Assembly (NCBI GenBank): GCA_963761985.1
Contig: CAVXIT010000002.1
Coordinates: forward strand, 18,658-82,657
Direction: 5' to 3'
Source of the DNA: an uncultured Acidimicrobiia bacterium
GTDB taxonomy: Bacteria > Actinomycetota > Acidimicrobiia > Spongiisociales > ZC4RG35
Length of the DNA stretch: 64,000 nt
Shown: positions 50,666 to 60,197 of the stretch, piece after piece
How the letters are laid out: the number at the start of each line of letters is the position of its first letter
How positions within the stretch are numbered: position 1 is the stretch's first letter
Translations under genes and position numbers: made by a program
Notes under the pieces: model-generated
What the model was told of the DNA's origin: nothing
The model's database searches: none
The model's input: the letters and a program-made list of their open reading frames with translations, nothing else

Positions 50666-51101
50666 ATGACCACTCCTGCCCATCTGGACCAAATCGAACG
50701 ACGCCTGGCGGACCTCGATATTCGCCTCACGTCGCGGACGACGGTCAGTGATCGAACGATTGGCTCGGGGAGACGGGCCCAAGTCCGCGGCTGAACTGCA
50801 TCACGCGATTGGTGGCCCCCTCTCCTCTCTTTACCGTTCCCTCTCGGTGCTCGAAGCCGCCGGGGTTCTCACGCTGCACCACGCCACCAGGGGCTTTGTC
50901 CGCTACGAGCTCGCCGACTGGATTCGCGGTCACCATCACCATTTGCTTTGCAGCAGCTGCGGAGCGGTGGAAGACGCCGACATGCCAGCATCACTCGAGA
51001 GAGAGCTTCGGGGAATCGTTCGACGGATTGGGTCTCGCGCAGGGTTCAAACCATCAGACCATGCCCTAGAGATCGAGGGACTGTGCACGCGGTGCCGGTG
51101 A
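50666..51101 (+). pseudogene. Fur-family metalloregulator (Zur/Fur-like) with a single-base frameshift near 50747-50750
   Basis: ATG 50666 frame gives MTTPAHLDQIERRLADLDIRLTSRTTV (DNA-binding helix), then shifts to the GTG 50748 frame IERLARGDGPKSAAELHHAIG...HHHHLLCSSCG...CTRCR. Confidence 0.65.
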
Positions 51102-51835
51102 AAGCGACCAACTTGGTGATCGCCTTCGGGAACACCGAGGCACTTGCTTCCTCTTCCTTCGAAATACCAGCCGGCAAGATCATCGCGGTCATCGGCCCTA
51201 ATGGCTCGGGCAAATCGACGTTGCTCGACGCCATTGCCGGTTTGATCACCCCAAAATCTGGCACGCTCGAAGTGGCGGCCCCTCCGGGTCGAACCGCGTA
51301 CGTCCTGCAGTACACCAAAGTCAACGATGCCCTACCCATCACGGTGCGCGAAGTGGTCGCGATGGGGCGGTATTCGAGCGCAGGATGGTTGGGGCGCTTC
51401 GGCGCCGCGGATCGAGAGGCGATCGAGTCGGCCATGGACCGCGCCGGAATCCTCGAATACTCGGGACGCCAGCTCCATGATCTCTCGGCTGGCCAGCGCC
51501 AGCGGGTTTATGTCGCCCAGGGGCTGGCCCAGGATCACGATCTCCTGCTGCTCGACGAGCCGCTCACCGGTATCGATCTACCGACTGCCCAGGCCATCGA
51601 CCAACTCATCCACGAGGAAACCCAACGAGGGTGCACTGTGATCCTCACCACGCACGATCTCGCCGAAGCTCGCGCCGCCGATTTCGTCCTTCTGCTGGCG
51701 GGCCGGGTGGTAGCGAGCGGTCCGCCCGCCCAAGTTCTCACCAGCGAGTCGTTGCGAACGGCGTATGGGAGCGTCCTGGTCCATGACGACGACGGATCTC
51801 GGATCTTCGACGACCCCGCACACCACGAGCACTAG
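51083..51835 (+). CDS. metal ABC transporter ATP-binding protein (ZnuC-like)
   Basis: Walker A GPNGSGKSTLL, LSAGQRQR, Walker B LLLLDEP; GTG start overlapping the fur-family stop. Confidence 0.85.
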   Translation: MHAVPVKATNLVIAFGNTEALASSSFEIPAGKIIAVIGPNGSGKSTLLDAIAGLITPKSGTLEVAAPPGRTAYVLQYTKVNDALPITVREVVAMGRYSSAGWLGRFGAADREAIESAMDRAGILEYSGRQLHDLSAGQRQRVYVAQGLAQDHDLLLLDEPLTGIDLPTAQAIDQLIHEETQRGCTVILTTHDLAEARAADFVLLLAGRVVASGPPAQVLTSESLRTAYGSVLVHDDDGSRIFDDPAHHEH

Positions 51836-52091
51836 TCAAGATGTGCGTTCATAAATTGGCGTCGACGTTGCTTGCTGAGAATCCGATAGCTCCATATGGC
51901 CACCGGACAGCGATATGAACCCCGTCACGCTTCCCGCCGGTTCCGGCCGCTGGTAGCGATGGCATCACTCCTGCTCGGCGTGCTGGCCCGGGGAGTAACG
52001 GCCCTGAAGGCTGCCTCGATTCCCGCGACAGGCTTGAGCCGCGGCTTCGACCGCTTTGGCTGATCCCCTAACAAGAGCGTTTGAAACCTGA

Positions 52092-52136
52092 GGCTGTAAG
52101 CCGTGAATTCCACGGCTCAGAGCCTTAGGTTTGTGT
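52092..52136 (+). terminator. terminator-like hairpin in a 310-bp non-coding gap
   Basis: GGCTGTAAGCCGTG-AATTC-CACGGCTCAGAGCC followed by TTAGGTTTGTGT. Confidence 0.3.
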
Positions 52137-52146
52137 AGTTGCGCAG

Positions 52147-52797
52147 CTACCTCTTCAGGCAGAGGGTGACGCCGTCGCCGATCGCCAGGATGACGGCTTC
52201 GACTCGATCGTCAGCCGCAACCCGGTCGTTGAAACGGCGAATCGCTTCGGTGTCGTCGTCATGCTCACCGAGATCGGCGACCCGGCCGCTCCATAGGGTG
52301 TTGTCGGCTACGAGCAGACCACCCGAGCGAAGGCGAGGAAGCAAAGCTTCGTAGTAGTCGACGTAGCCGCTCTTGTCGGCGTCGATGAAGACCAGATCGA
52401 TGGGCGGGTCGTTCGGAAGTTTGGCAATCGTTTCGGAGGCAGGACCGAGGCGAAGCTCGATGCGATCCGCCAAACCGGCTGACTCCCAATGCCGGCGCGC
52501 AATCGCGGTCCACTCCTCGCTGATGTCACAACAAATCAACTTTCCGCCATCGGCCAGCCCTTTGGCGATCGCTACGGCCGACGTGCCGGTGAAGGTTCCG
52601 ACCTCGATGGCGAGACGCGTGCCAGCGAGGCGAGTCAAAAGCGTGAGAAGGGCGAACTGATCCTGGCCGATCTGCATCGACGCCGAGCCTCCGGCCGCCT
52701 CGAGGGTTGCCGCGCGAATTTGCTCATAGATCGGATCCGTCTCACTGTGCGAGACCACGTAGTCGAGCAGTTCGGAAGTCATCTCGATCGAACGCAT
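52147..52797 (-). CDS. class I SAM-dependent O-methyltransferase (caffeoyl-CoA OMT family 3)
   Basis: LAIEVGTFTGTSAVAIA SAM motif; FIDADKSGYVDYYE. Confidence 0.85.
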   Translation of the reverse strand: MRSIEMTSELLDYVVSHSETDPIYEQIRAATLEAAGGSASMQIGQDQFALLTLLTRLAGTRLAIEVGTFTGTSAVAIAKGLADGGKLICCDISEEWTAIARRHWESAGLADRIELRLGPASETIAKLPNDPPIDLVFIDADKSGYVDYYEALLPRLRSGGLLVADNTLWSGRVADLGEHDDDTEAIRRFNDRVAADDRVEAVILAIGDGVTLCLKR

Positions 52798-52802
52798 CTC
52801 CC

Positions 52803-53426
52803 TTAGGTCAACCCCCTTTTCATCAAGCCGTCGGACAGCCCTGCGGTTGCTTCCTGGAGTCGCAGTCCGATGACGTCCAGACGTCGCAGGAGCTCTCGAG
52901 ATCGGAGCATGTCCACAGTCACTGACTCCGCCTGGAAGAGCTTGCCCAGAGAGGTTTGATAGGACTTGCGAACCTTGCCAGCGGTTTTTTGAGCCTTGAA
53001 CCCGAGTTTGGTCACAGCCTTGGGATCGTCTTCCAGCATGGCGACTGCCTCGATGAGTTCGTCGAGGGCATCCGCAATCGGTTCAAGCGGGGCGATCAAG
53101 CCATCCCGATCCTCGGGACCGAAGAGGTCGATCTCGATCACAAAGTCGCGGAGGCTGTCAAGTACATCGTCCACCGAGCGAGATACCCGGAATAAGTCCT
53201 CGTGATCGATGGGTGGGCCAAGCGCCTGGGTTAGCTCCTCGACCAGATTGGCCCGAGCTTCGTCGCCGGCCTTTTCGACTGCCTCGATCCGCGTTTTTCC
53301 TTCCTCGTTCGAAACCTCCCGGTGCAGCACCTCGAGAGCGATCCGCGCGGCGTCCGCGGCTGCACTGACCTGTTTCTTCAGAGCTTCGATCGTGGCGTCT
53401 GGCTTGCCCGATCCAAAGAACCGCAT
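52803..53426 (-). CDS. DUF47 (PhoU-like) phosphate transport accessory protein
   Basis: MRFFGSGKPDATIEAL... helical DUF47; its ATG overlaps the Pit stop by 1 nt. Confidence 0.8.
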   Translation of the reverse strand: MRFFGSGKPDATIEALKKQVSAAADAARIALEVLHREVSNEEGKTRIEAVEKAGDEARANLVEELTQALGPPIDHEDLFRVSRSVDDVLDSLRDFVIEIDLFGPEDRDGLIAPLEPIADALDELIEAVAMLEDDPKAVTKLGFKAQKTAGKVRKSYQTSLGKLFQAESVTVDMLRSRELLRRLDVIGLRLQEATAGLSDGLMKRGLT

Positions 53427-54370
53427 CAGACGATCACCACCGTGACCAAGCCAGCGATTAAAGCTGTGACCGGAAAGGTGAGCACCCAGGCCAGCACCGT
53501 CCGTCCCAGCACCGGCCATCGCACATAGCTTCGCCCGGTTCGCGATGTCACTCCGACCGTGGCGCCGGTTATCGCCTGGGTCATGCTCAGCGGCGTGCCC
53601 AGGGTCGCCCCGCCGACGACCACTCCCGAGGCGACGACGTCGGCGATGGCGATCTCAATCGGGTAGGTACGCACCATTTCCCTTCCAATCTTGGTAGCCA
53701 CTGGTTTAGCCCCGATCAGCATTCCTCCCAAGAACAACACCGCCGACACTATTGCCAGGACCGCCACTTGCGAGGTTGAATCAAGGTCGGCGCCGGCGGC
53801 AAGTGCGAGCACCGCCAAAGCCTTCTGTCCGTCGTTCGCCCCGTAGGCGAAGCAAAGAATCGGGTACGTAACTCGGCGTACATTGTTGGCCGACCGCCGG
53901 CGAGAACGGAGCACGGGCATATGGGTCATCACGGCAGCGACCACACGGCCGAGGATTGCGGCGACTATTGGCGAGGCAGCTCCGAGCAGCAGGATCTTGC
54001 CGACCGCGCCGCCGTCAACAATCAGCCCCGCTCCCACTCCGGCCCCAGCGAGGGAGCCGACGAGGGCGAGACCGATGCTCGTGGCAAGCCCGAATTTGGT
54101 CGAAACTGCGACGAGGGCCGCGGTGGTCGCGACCACGATGATGATGAGATCCATTCGACCGTCAATCGGGATGATTCCGTCGATCAGGGTGGCCGCCACC
54201 CTGGTGCCATGCAACAGCGGAGCGATCACCAGGCCAGCCGCGGCGGTTAATCCCAGAATCAGCGGCTTTCGGTTGGCTTTGGTGATACCCGCCGCAAGCA
54301 GCGCTCCCCCGTCGTTGCGCCCACCGAGCGCGATGAAGACGGCGGCAACAGCTATAGCGAGGAATTCCAT
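53426..54370 (-). CDS. inorganic phosphate transporter (PiT family)
   Basis: ATG at 54370 (MEFLAIAVAAVFIALGGRNDG); PiT signature GANDGQKAL; the upstream part of the track ORF is a spurious extension. Confidence 0.85.
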   Translation of the reverse strand: MEFLAIAVAAVFIALGGRNDGGALLAAGITKANRKPLILGLTAAAGLVIAPLLHGTRVAATLIDGIIPIDGRMDLIIIVVATTAALVAVSTKFGLATSIGLALVGSLAGAGVGAGLIVDGGAVGKILLLGAASPIVAAILGRVVAAVMTHMPVLRSRRRSANNVRRVTYPILCFAYGANDGQKALAVLALAAGADLDSTSQVAVLAIVSAVLFLGGMLIGAKPVATKIGREMVRTYPIEIAIADVVASGVVVGGATLGTPLSMTQAITGATVGVTSRTGRSYVRWPVLGRTVLAWVLTFPVTALIAGLVTVVIV

Positions 54371-54522
54371 GATCGGCGGCGACGATACAGAGACGGGGTC
54401 GGCCAGCCACATTTCGGCGCGGGTTGAAATACCGAATAGCAAGCGTTGAGGGCCGATTTGGACGCGTCCCGCCGGTAAGTAAGCGACCGTTGCCGGACAC
54501 ATAGCATTGCGGAAAGGCAGAT

Positions 54523-55056
54523 TTGGCAAGAAACGATGTCGTTGACCGGCAAGCGATGGTGCAATTCGACTCGCTCTTTGCTGCCTACCACGACGCGATT
54601 TTTCGCTATTGCCTGCGACGTCTGGGGCCGCCCGATGCGGAGGATGCCGCCGCCGAGGTCTTCGTCGTCGTATGGCGACGCCTCGAGCAAGCTCCTCTGG
54701 ACGACGCTCGAGCCTGGCTTTTTGCCATCGCATATCGCGTCGTCGGCAACCAATACCGGACGCGCCGTCGCCGCCGAGGACTCGCTGCTCGCCTGTCGGG
54801 GACGGGCGACAAAGCGATTCCTCCAGAGCCGGAGTACGAGACCCTCTATAGAGCACTCGCTGAACTGAGCCCGACCGACCAGGAGTTGCTGCGTCTCTCT
54901 TCTTGGGATGGCCTCACCAGAGATGAGATCGCCCAAGTCTTGGGCATCAAAGAGAACGCAGTCGATCAACGATTGCATCGCGCAAGGTCGCGGCTCAAAG
55001 CTCGTTTCGATTCGATAGCAATCGCCCCTATGGAGACAAAGGAATCGCCAGCATGA
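54523..55056 (+). CDS. ECF-subfamily RNA polymerase sigma-70 factor
   Basis: Region 2 (FDSLFAAYHDAIFRYCLRRLG) and region 4 (LTRDEIAQVLGIKENAVDQRLHRARSRLK). Confidence 0.85.
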   Translation: MARNDVVDRQAMVQFDSLFAAYHDAIFRYCLRRLGPPDAEDAAAEVFVVVWRRLEQAPLDDARAWLFAIAYRVVGNQYRTRRRRRGLAARLSGTGDKAIPPEPEYETLYRALAELSPTDQELLRLSSWDGLTRDEIAQVLGIKENAVDQRLHRARSRLKARFDSIAIAPMETKESPA

Positions 55057-56849
55057 TCGACCTTCTCGAACGCGCCGATCCCGGTCGCGAGGCACACGCC
55101 GATACGAGACGTTTGCGCGCCCTCGTCGATGAGCGGATCGGCACATGGACGCCAAGGGTTTCGATGCTTCGCCGTCCCTGGCTGAACGCCGCCATTGCTT
55201 TCGCAGGCATTTCCGTCTTCGTGGCCGTCGTAGCCGTTGTTCGCTCCAGCGAAGCATCGATCTATGCACCGAAACTCGATGGGTTACGAGAGCTCTCCGG
55301 TATCGAAGACGTCGTCAAGCTCGCCTCCGGTGGTGTTCAAACTGCCGCGGTCGATGGCGACACGATCTGGGTGATGAGTGCTCTGGCCCATCAACTCCAA
55401 AGGATCTCAGCTGCTTCGGGCGACCTGGAGATGACCTATGAGATCGACACCTACGTCGAAGGCGTTGTCGGTGGTGGTGGATACGTCTGGCTGCTGAGTT
55501 ATGACAACGGCGGTGAAGTGCTCAGATTCGATCCGGAATTGGGCGCGGTAGACGAGAGAGTGCCGCTGGGAGGTGCGCCAGCACATCGAGCGGCTTGGTT
55601 CGACGATCACCTCTGGGTAAGCAACGATCGGGGCGAGCTGTTGCAAATTTCCGCCCGCGCAGAAATCGTTGCCACATTCACAGGCGAGCTCAAAGGCGAA
55701 GGCCTTGGCCACCTCTGGATCAACGATCCCGCGACCGGCGTGCTATCAAGTTTCGACAAGAACGGCGCCCGCAATCCGAGGATTTCGATCCCAACATCCG
55801 CTGATGGCACGGTGCGTGGAGTCATCGAAGCGGACAACCGGCTCTGGCTGATGGACAACGAATTCCCCCGGGGCACCGACCTCCGCGTCTTTGATCCAGC
55901 GAGCGGAGACTTGGAGTTCCTTGGCGGGATCACCTTTGGCCTGCTGTCGATGGTCGAGTTCGAGGGGTCGCTCTGGTTGACCTCGAACACCGATCATCTC
56001 CTTGTTCGGGTCGATCCCGGGACCGGCGACATAACTAGGTTTCCGATGCCGGGCAAGGCGGGTGGGTTATTCGTGGCGGACCAGTCGCTCTGGGTTTCTC
56101 TGTATCACCCAAGCGCTCTTGTTCGGATCAATCCCGACGAGCTCCTCGCAGCCGCCGAGATCGTCGCGGACGACCGGAACCGGTTCCCGCATCGCCTGCT
56201 GTGCACTGGTTCGGAAACGGGTGCAACCGTCATCCTCGAGCCGAACAGCTGGATCGACTACGGATCATGGTCAGTGATTCAGGCGCAGCTCTCCGAACGC
56301 GGCTATCAGGTCTGCGCAAACGGATACGTCGAAGGTGAAGCGACGCCCGAGCAGCGTGCGACTGCACTGGCGGAAGCCTTGATCGAGGCGGGCATCGCCG
56401 GCCCATATACGTTGGTCGCCGCTGGCGATGGCGTTCATTCAGCGCGCCTGTTCGCCGAAGGACGCACGGACATATCCGGAGTTGTTCTGATCGATCCGAG
56501 CCCGACCGGTTTTCAGGCCTTCTATGACGAACTGCTCCCCGACCTCGCCGACCATCCGCCGTGGGCTGACCCCGAGACACCCATTTCGAATGATCTGGGC
56601 GACACGCCATTGATCATCATTCACCAGGATCCGACTGCTGTGTTCTTGAGCCGGCAATTTATTGAAGGCGCCGGGTTGGAAGCGGCCGAAGCTGTCAACA
56701 GATACTGGCGAAATGGGCTCGAGTTCTACGCCGGTCTGTCTTCGGATAGCCAGCTGGTGGAAGCCGAAGGAACGGGCCTCGACAATGTGCTCTGGGATCG
56801 CCCTGAACTCATCGTCGACTCGGTTGTCAACGTCTCTGGCAAGGATTAG
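55053..56849 (+). CDS. putative membrane-anchored anti-sigma factor with 7-bladed YVTN-like beta-propeller and alpha/beta-hydrolase-like domains
   Basis: ATGA overlap with the sigma gene; short cytoplasmic N-terminus, one TM, seven ~40-aa xLWxxxxxxxLxRxDPxTGxV repeats, C-terminal alpha/beta fold without a clear GxSxG. Confidence 0.5.
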   Translation: MIDLLERADPGREAHADTRRLRALVDERIGTWTPRVSMLRRPWLNAAIAFAGISVFVAVVAVVRSSEASIYAPKLDGLRELSGIEDVVKLASGGVQTAAVDGDTIWVMSALAHQLQRISAASGDLEMTYEIDTYVEGVVGGGGYVWLLSYDNGGEVLRFDPELGAVDERVPLGGAPAHRAAWFDDHLWVSNDRGELLQISARAEIVATFTGELKGEGLGHLWINDPATGVLSSFDKNGARNPRISIPTSADGTVRGVIEADNRLWLMDNEFPRGTDLRVFDPASGDLEFLGGITFGLLSMVEFEGSLWLTSNTDHLLVRVDPGTGDITRFPMPGKAGGLFVADQSLWVSLYHPSALVRINPDELLAAAEIVADDRNRFPHRLLCTGSETGATVILEPNSWIDYGSWSVIQAQLSERGYQVCANGYVEGEATPEQRATALAEALIEAGIAGPYTLVAAGDGVHSARLFAEGRTDISGVVLIDPSPTGFQAFYDELLPDLADHPPWADPETPISNDLGDTPLIIIHQDPTAVFLSRQFIEGAGLEAAEAVNRYWRNGLEFYAGLSSDSQLVEAEGTGLDNVLWDRPELIVDSVVNVSGKD

Positions 56850-57214
56850 TCAGCTGAGTCCTTGATCCCCGCGACCTCGTCGAAATGTTGCAGGAGCTCG
56901 TGGGCGGCTAGTTCGATCGTCTTGTGGTGCCATTCCGACGCCCGATAAACACAGGCGATCAATCCGGACCGATGGACGCGGCGAAGGTCGCCAAAGACAA
57001 AGCCATAGCGCGCCTTGGTTTCATCGGTTGCCCCTTTGGTGAGACCGAGATGCCAGGAAGCGAACTCATCCCAGGAGTGGGTTTCGAGATAGTCGTTCTC
57101 GTCGTCGGCGCTGGGCTGGGACTCCCCCCAATCGCTCTTGATCACGTACTGGCGACCATCGATGAGTTTGCGGGCGTGGGTAACCGCATCTTTGTTCAAG
57201 GTGTAAGAAGCCAT
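56846..57214 (-). CDS. hypothetical conserved protein
   Basis: 122-aa ORF MASYTLNKDAVTHARKL... Confidence 0.35.
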   Translation of the reverse strand: MASYTLNKDAVTHARKLIDGRQYVIKSDWGESQPSADDENDYLETHSWDEFASWHLGLTKGATDETKARYGFVFGDLRRVHRSGLIACVYRASEWHHKTIELAAHELLQHFDEVAGIKDSAD

Positions 57215-57288
57215 GAGAATTCATTATGAACCAGCCGGCCGGTTCGTTTCCATCGATTAATGCGACTACTTGACTATCAGGTGAAAGG

Positions 57289-57687
57289 TTGACTAATGTC
57301 CGAGGCATGTCACAACTCATGCCCATGCTGGCCTACGAAGATGCGCCCCAGGCGATCGAATTCCTGATCAAAGCCTTCGGCTTTGAGGAAACAATGCGGA
57401 TGGACGGCGAAGCCGGCACGATCGCCCACGCCGAGCTGAGTCTCGACGGCGCGATGGTGTCCCTGGCATCGGTCTGGCGGGACGGCGGACTGGCGACGCC
57501 CCACGAGCTCGGCGGGGTGCACAGCCAGCTCTGGATCGAAGTCGACGACATCGACGCCCACTTCCAGAAGGCCCGCGCCGCGGGTGCGGTAGTCCTCGAC
57601 GAACCGGTTGCCCAGGACTACGGCTACAAGACCTATCGAGCGATCGACCCCGAAGGCCACCGCTGGTACTTCGCCGGTGCCCTGTGA
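57289..57687 (+). CDS. VOC (glyoxalase/bleomycin-resistance) family protein
   Basis: beta-alpha-beta-beta-beta modules; likely start ATG 57307 (MSQLMPMLAYED). Confidence 0.75.
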   Translation: MTNVRGMSQLMPMLAYEDAPQAIEFLIKAFGFEETMRMDGEAGTIAHAELSLDGAMVSLASVWRDGGLATPHELGGVHSQLWIEVDDIDAHFQKARAAGAVVLDEPVAQDYGYKTYRAIDPEGHRWYFAGAL

Positions 57688-58016
57688 CTGTCGAAACAAC
57701 TTTGTCGGCCTTGGCGGATGAAACCAGGCGAGGAACAGTCGAGGCGCTGAGCGTTGGGCCGCTGAGCGCGGGTCAGCTGGCTGCCCGGCTCGACGTCACG
57801 CCAGCTGCTCTCACCGGTCATCTCCGAATTCTGCGCCAGGCGGGGCTCGTCACCGTGACGCTCGATCCCGACGACACCCGCATCCATGTTTATTCGATCG
57901 AGCCACAACCTTTTCACGAGCTCAGCGATTGGGCGCAGCGAGCGAGCAAGTTCTGGAGCGATCAACTAGGCGCATTCGCCCGGCACGCAGAAAGGCTCGA
58001 AAATGGCAAGCGGTGA
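57684..58016 (+). CDS. ArsR/SmtB family transcriptional regulator
   Basis: wHTH LSAGQLAARLDVTPAALTGHLRILRQAGLV. Confidence 0.8.
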   Translation: MTVETTLSALADETRRGTVEALSVGPLSAGQLAARLDVTPAALTGHLRILRQAGLVTVTLDPDDTRIHVYSIEPQPFHELSDWAQRASKFWSDQLGAFARHAERLENGKR

Positions 58017-58401
58017 GGTCGCGATTACCGCCATCGTGCCCCTCACAGTTGAGGCGGCATTCTCCGCTTTCACCAACGACATCGACCGCTGGTGGGCGCG
58101 AGGTACCGAAGGCGGGACAGTGGTTCGTTTCGAAGGGGAGCGGTTGCTCGAGGTATCGACGAATGGGGCTGTGACACTCGCAACGGTGACCGCATCGGTT
58201 CCCCCCACTCAACTCGCGCTGGATTGGAACGGTCCGCACTCGGCACCTGGAGACAGGGTTGTGATCGACTTTGAACCGGCCGAACGGGGCACCCGGGTGA
58301 CAATTCGACACCGTCGAATAGGGATCGAAAACGCCGGAGCAATGTCAGCGGTGATCGGCCTGTGGTGGGGCGACCGTCTCAGTAAGTTGCAGCGGCCTTA
58401 A
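58003..58401 (+). CDS. SRPBCC (AHSA1-like) family protein
   Basis: Typical ArsR-SRPBCC pairing; 132 aa. Confidence 0.7.
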   Translation: MASGEVAITAIVPLTVEAAFSAFTNDIDRWWARGTEGGTVVRFEGERLLEVSTNGAVTLATVTASVPPTQLALDWNGPHSAPGDRVVIDFEPAERGTRVTIRHRRIGIENAGAMSAVIGLWWGDRLSKLQRP

Positions 58402-58411
58402 CCTCGGGTCT

Positions 58412-59251
58412 GTGGGCGAATCAACCGAACAGATCTGGCTGGAGCGGCCGTGGGGAAAGCTCAGCGTGTGGCGATCGGGAATCGGACCCGTCGTTTGTGC
58501 GATTCATGGCCTTGGTGGCTCGGGCCGCTACTGGGCGGGTCTTGCTCCGCTGCTGCAACCGCGGCGGACATTGATTGCCCCGGACTTGGCCGGATTCGGA
58601 CAATCGGAGAAACCAGCCTCGATCCGTTACAACCGCGAGTTCCATTTGACCGAGCTCGAAAATGCTCTCGAGTTGATCGCTCCAGACGAGCCGGCCGTCA
58701 TGGTCGGGCATTCAGCCGGGGCCGTCCTGGCCGCGATCTGGGTGGCCCGCCATCCGGAGCGAACGGCCGGTCTGGCGGTTGTCAGCGCGCCTTATCCCCA
58801 TCCCGGATTGATGCCTGATATCGCTCGCAAGGTGGCGGACCGACCGCCCGAACACCGCGGCACCGTCGCCCCTCTGCTCGCTCGAGTTCTCTGGCCGGTT
58901 CTCTCGAGAATCGCCATCGCCAGCCGCCGATTCCCGGCCGATGTCGTTCACGACTTCGGCAAGCAGTCGCTCGGGGCTCGGGCCGACACGATGTGGTCGC
59001 TGCTAGCCGACGTTTCGGTAATTGAAGAGTTTCGAGCGCTACAAGACTTGCCGCTCGCCGTGCCGACGCTGCTTCTCACCGCCTCCGACGACCGTTTTGT
59101 CAACCAACATGCATTGAACCGCTGGCGCCAGCACCTTCCCAACGCCGAAGTGCGGTTCGCCCCAACCGGTGGACACCAGTTCCTGCTGCGATCAGGCTTT
59201 GAACTGATCGCTGACTGGATCAATTCGATCCCAGTCCGTTCGGAACGCTGA
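58412..59251 (+). CDS. alpha/beta hydrolase
   Basis: HGLGGSGRYW oxyanion region; nucleophile elbow GHSAGA. Confidence 0.8.
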   Translation: MGESTEQIWLERPWGKLSVWRSGIGPVVCAIHGLGGSGRYWAGLAPLLQPRRTLIAPDLAGFGQSEKPASIRYNREFHLTELENALELIAPDEPAVMVGHSAGAVLAAIWVARHPERTAGLAVVSAPYPHPGLMPDIARKVADRPPEHRGTVAPLLARVLWPVLSRIAIASRRFPADVVHDFGKQSLGARADTMWSLLADVSVIEEFRALQDLPLAVPTLLLTASDDRFVNQHALNRWRQHLPNAEVRFAPTGGHQFLLRSGFELIADWINSIPVRSER

Positions 59252-59256
59252 TTGAC

Positions 59257-59631
59257 CTAGGTCGGCACCGCTTGGGTCCGCCGGCCGGGGATCGGGATCA
59301 GCACCAGGATCGCGACAGCAATCAGGAAGATGATTGAGACTTCTGTCGTAAACAGGCGATTGATGAAGAAAGCAACTTCGGGAATCAATAGTCCGATCAG
59401 AAAGCTCCCCCAGCCCGGGGCACCGGGCGACCTGCCGAGGAAAAACGCGACGACGCCGACGATGACCACCGCCCCGATCCAAAACGGCCAACCGCCGCCG
59501 AGACCCTCTGAATCGGGTAGGCCATTGTCAAAGTTGTCGAGTGCGAAAACTATGAGCCCGAGCCAAATCGCGATCGACACCACCGCGCCAGCAATGCGGA
59601 GGCTCACACTTCGTCCGTATCCAGTTCTCAC
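59257..59631 (-). CDS. hypothetical polytopic membrane protein
   Basis: 124 aa, four hydrophobic segments. Confidence 0.4.
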   Translation of the reverse strand: MRTGYGRSVSLRIAGAVVSIAIWLGLIVFALDNFDNGLPDSEGLGGGWPFWIGAVVIVGVVAFFLGRSPGAPGWGSFLIGLLIPEVAFFINRLFTTEVSIIFLIAVAILVLIPIPGRRTQAVPT

Positions 59632-59670
59632 TGCTGCGAGACTACGGTCGCGCCTCGTTCCCGCGCTGGA

Positions 59671-60039
59671 TCAATCCGTTTGCGGCTCCAAGCGAGGGTC
59701 TTGGTAGGACCTGGCGACGGATTTGGGCACCACCATGCGCCAGGCGTCAACGATGAGCTCATGGAGCTCGTCCCGATCGAGCGCTGCCATACGCACCTGG
59801 ACCCAGTGATAGCGCAGATCCGATTTGGCCGGCATCAGGAACTTCGTTGGCTCGCCTTCCACTAACCCTTCCCGCTGGTCCTTGGGGAAGGCAAAACCCA
59901 TCGTTTCCTCGTCTCGGGAGAATGAGACATAAACCAACCTGCCCACCCGAAATTTGATCCGTCCGCCCACCGTGACCTCGTAGCTGCGCGGCAAATTTGC
60001 GGCAATCGCTCGAGCATCATCGACGTCCGCCATGACCAT
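59671..60039 (-). CDS. MmcQ/YjbR family DNA-binding protein
   Basis: 122 aa with family-typical organisation. Confidence 0.55.
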   Translation of the reverse strand: MVMADVDDARAIAANLPRSYEVTVGGRIKFRVGRLVYVSFSRDEETMGFAFPKDQREGLVEGEPTKFLMPAKSDLRYHWVQVRMAALDRDELHELIVDAWRMVVPKSVARSYQDPRLEPQTD

Positions 60040-60197
60040 CGACGATCAGCGGAGCCAGACGGCGGCCGATTCGGGTTGCATAACCTCTACGGCGGTTGAG
60101 CGTAGGTCACGTCTGAGGTCCTGGGTCGTCGAGATGGGCGGGTTCTTCGCCGACGCCCAGCCGAGGATTGCACTAGAACGCTGATTCACTCGGGCCT

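Noticed and set aside
51836-52146. Possible tRNA in the largest intergenic gap
   Set aside because: No acceptor/T-arm/anticodon cloverleaf could be assembled by eye. Only a simple hairpin was found.
53426-54856. 476-aa reading of the PiT transporter ORF
   Set aside because: The upstream 162 residues are Arg-rich low-complexity sequence. The conserved PiT N-terminus begins at ATG 54370.
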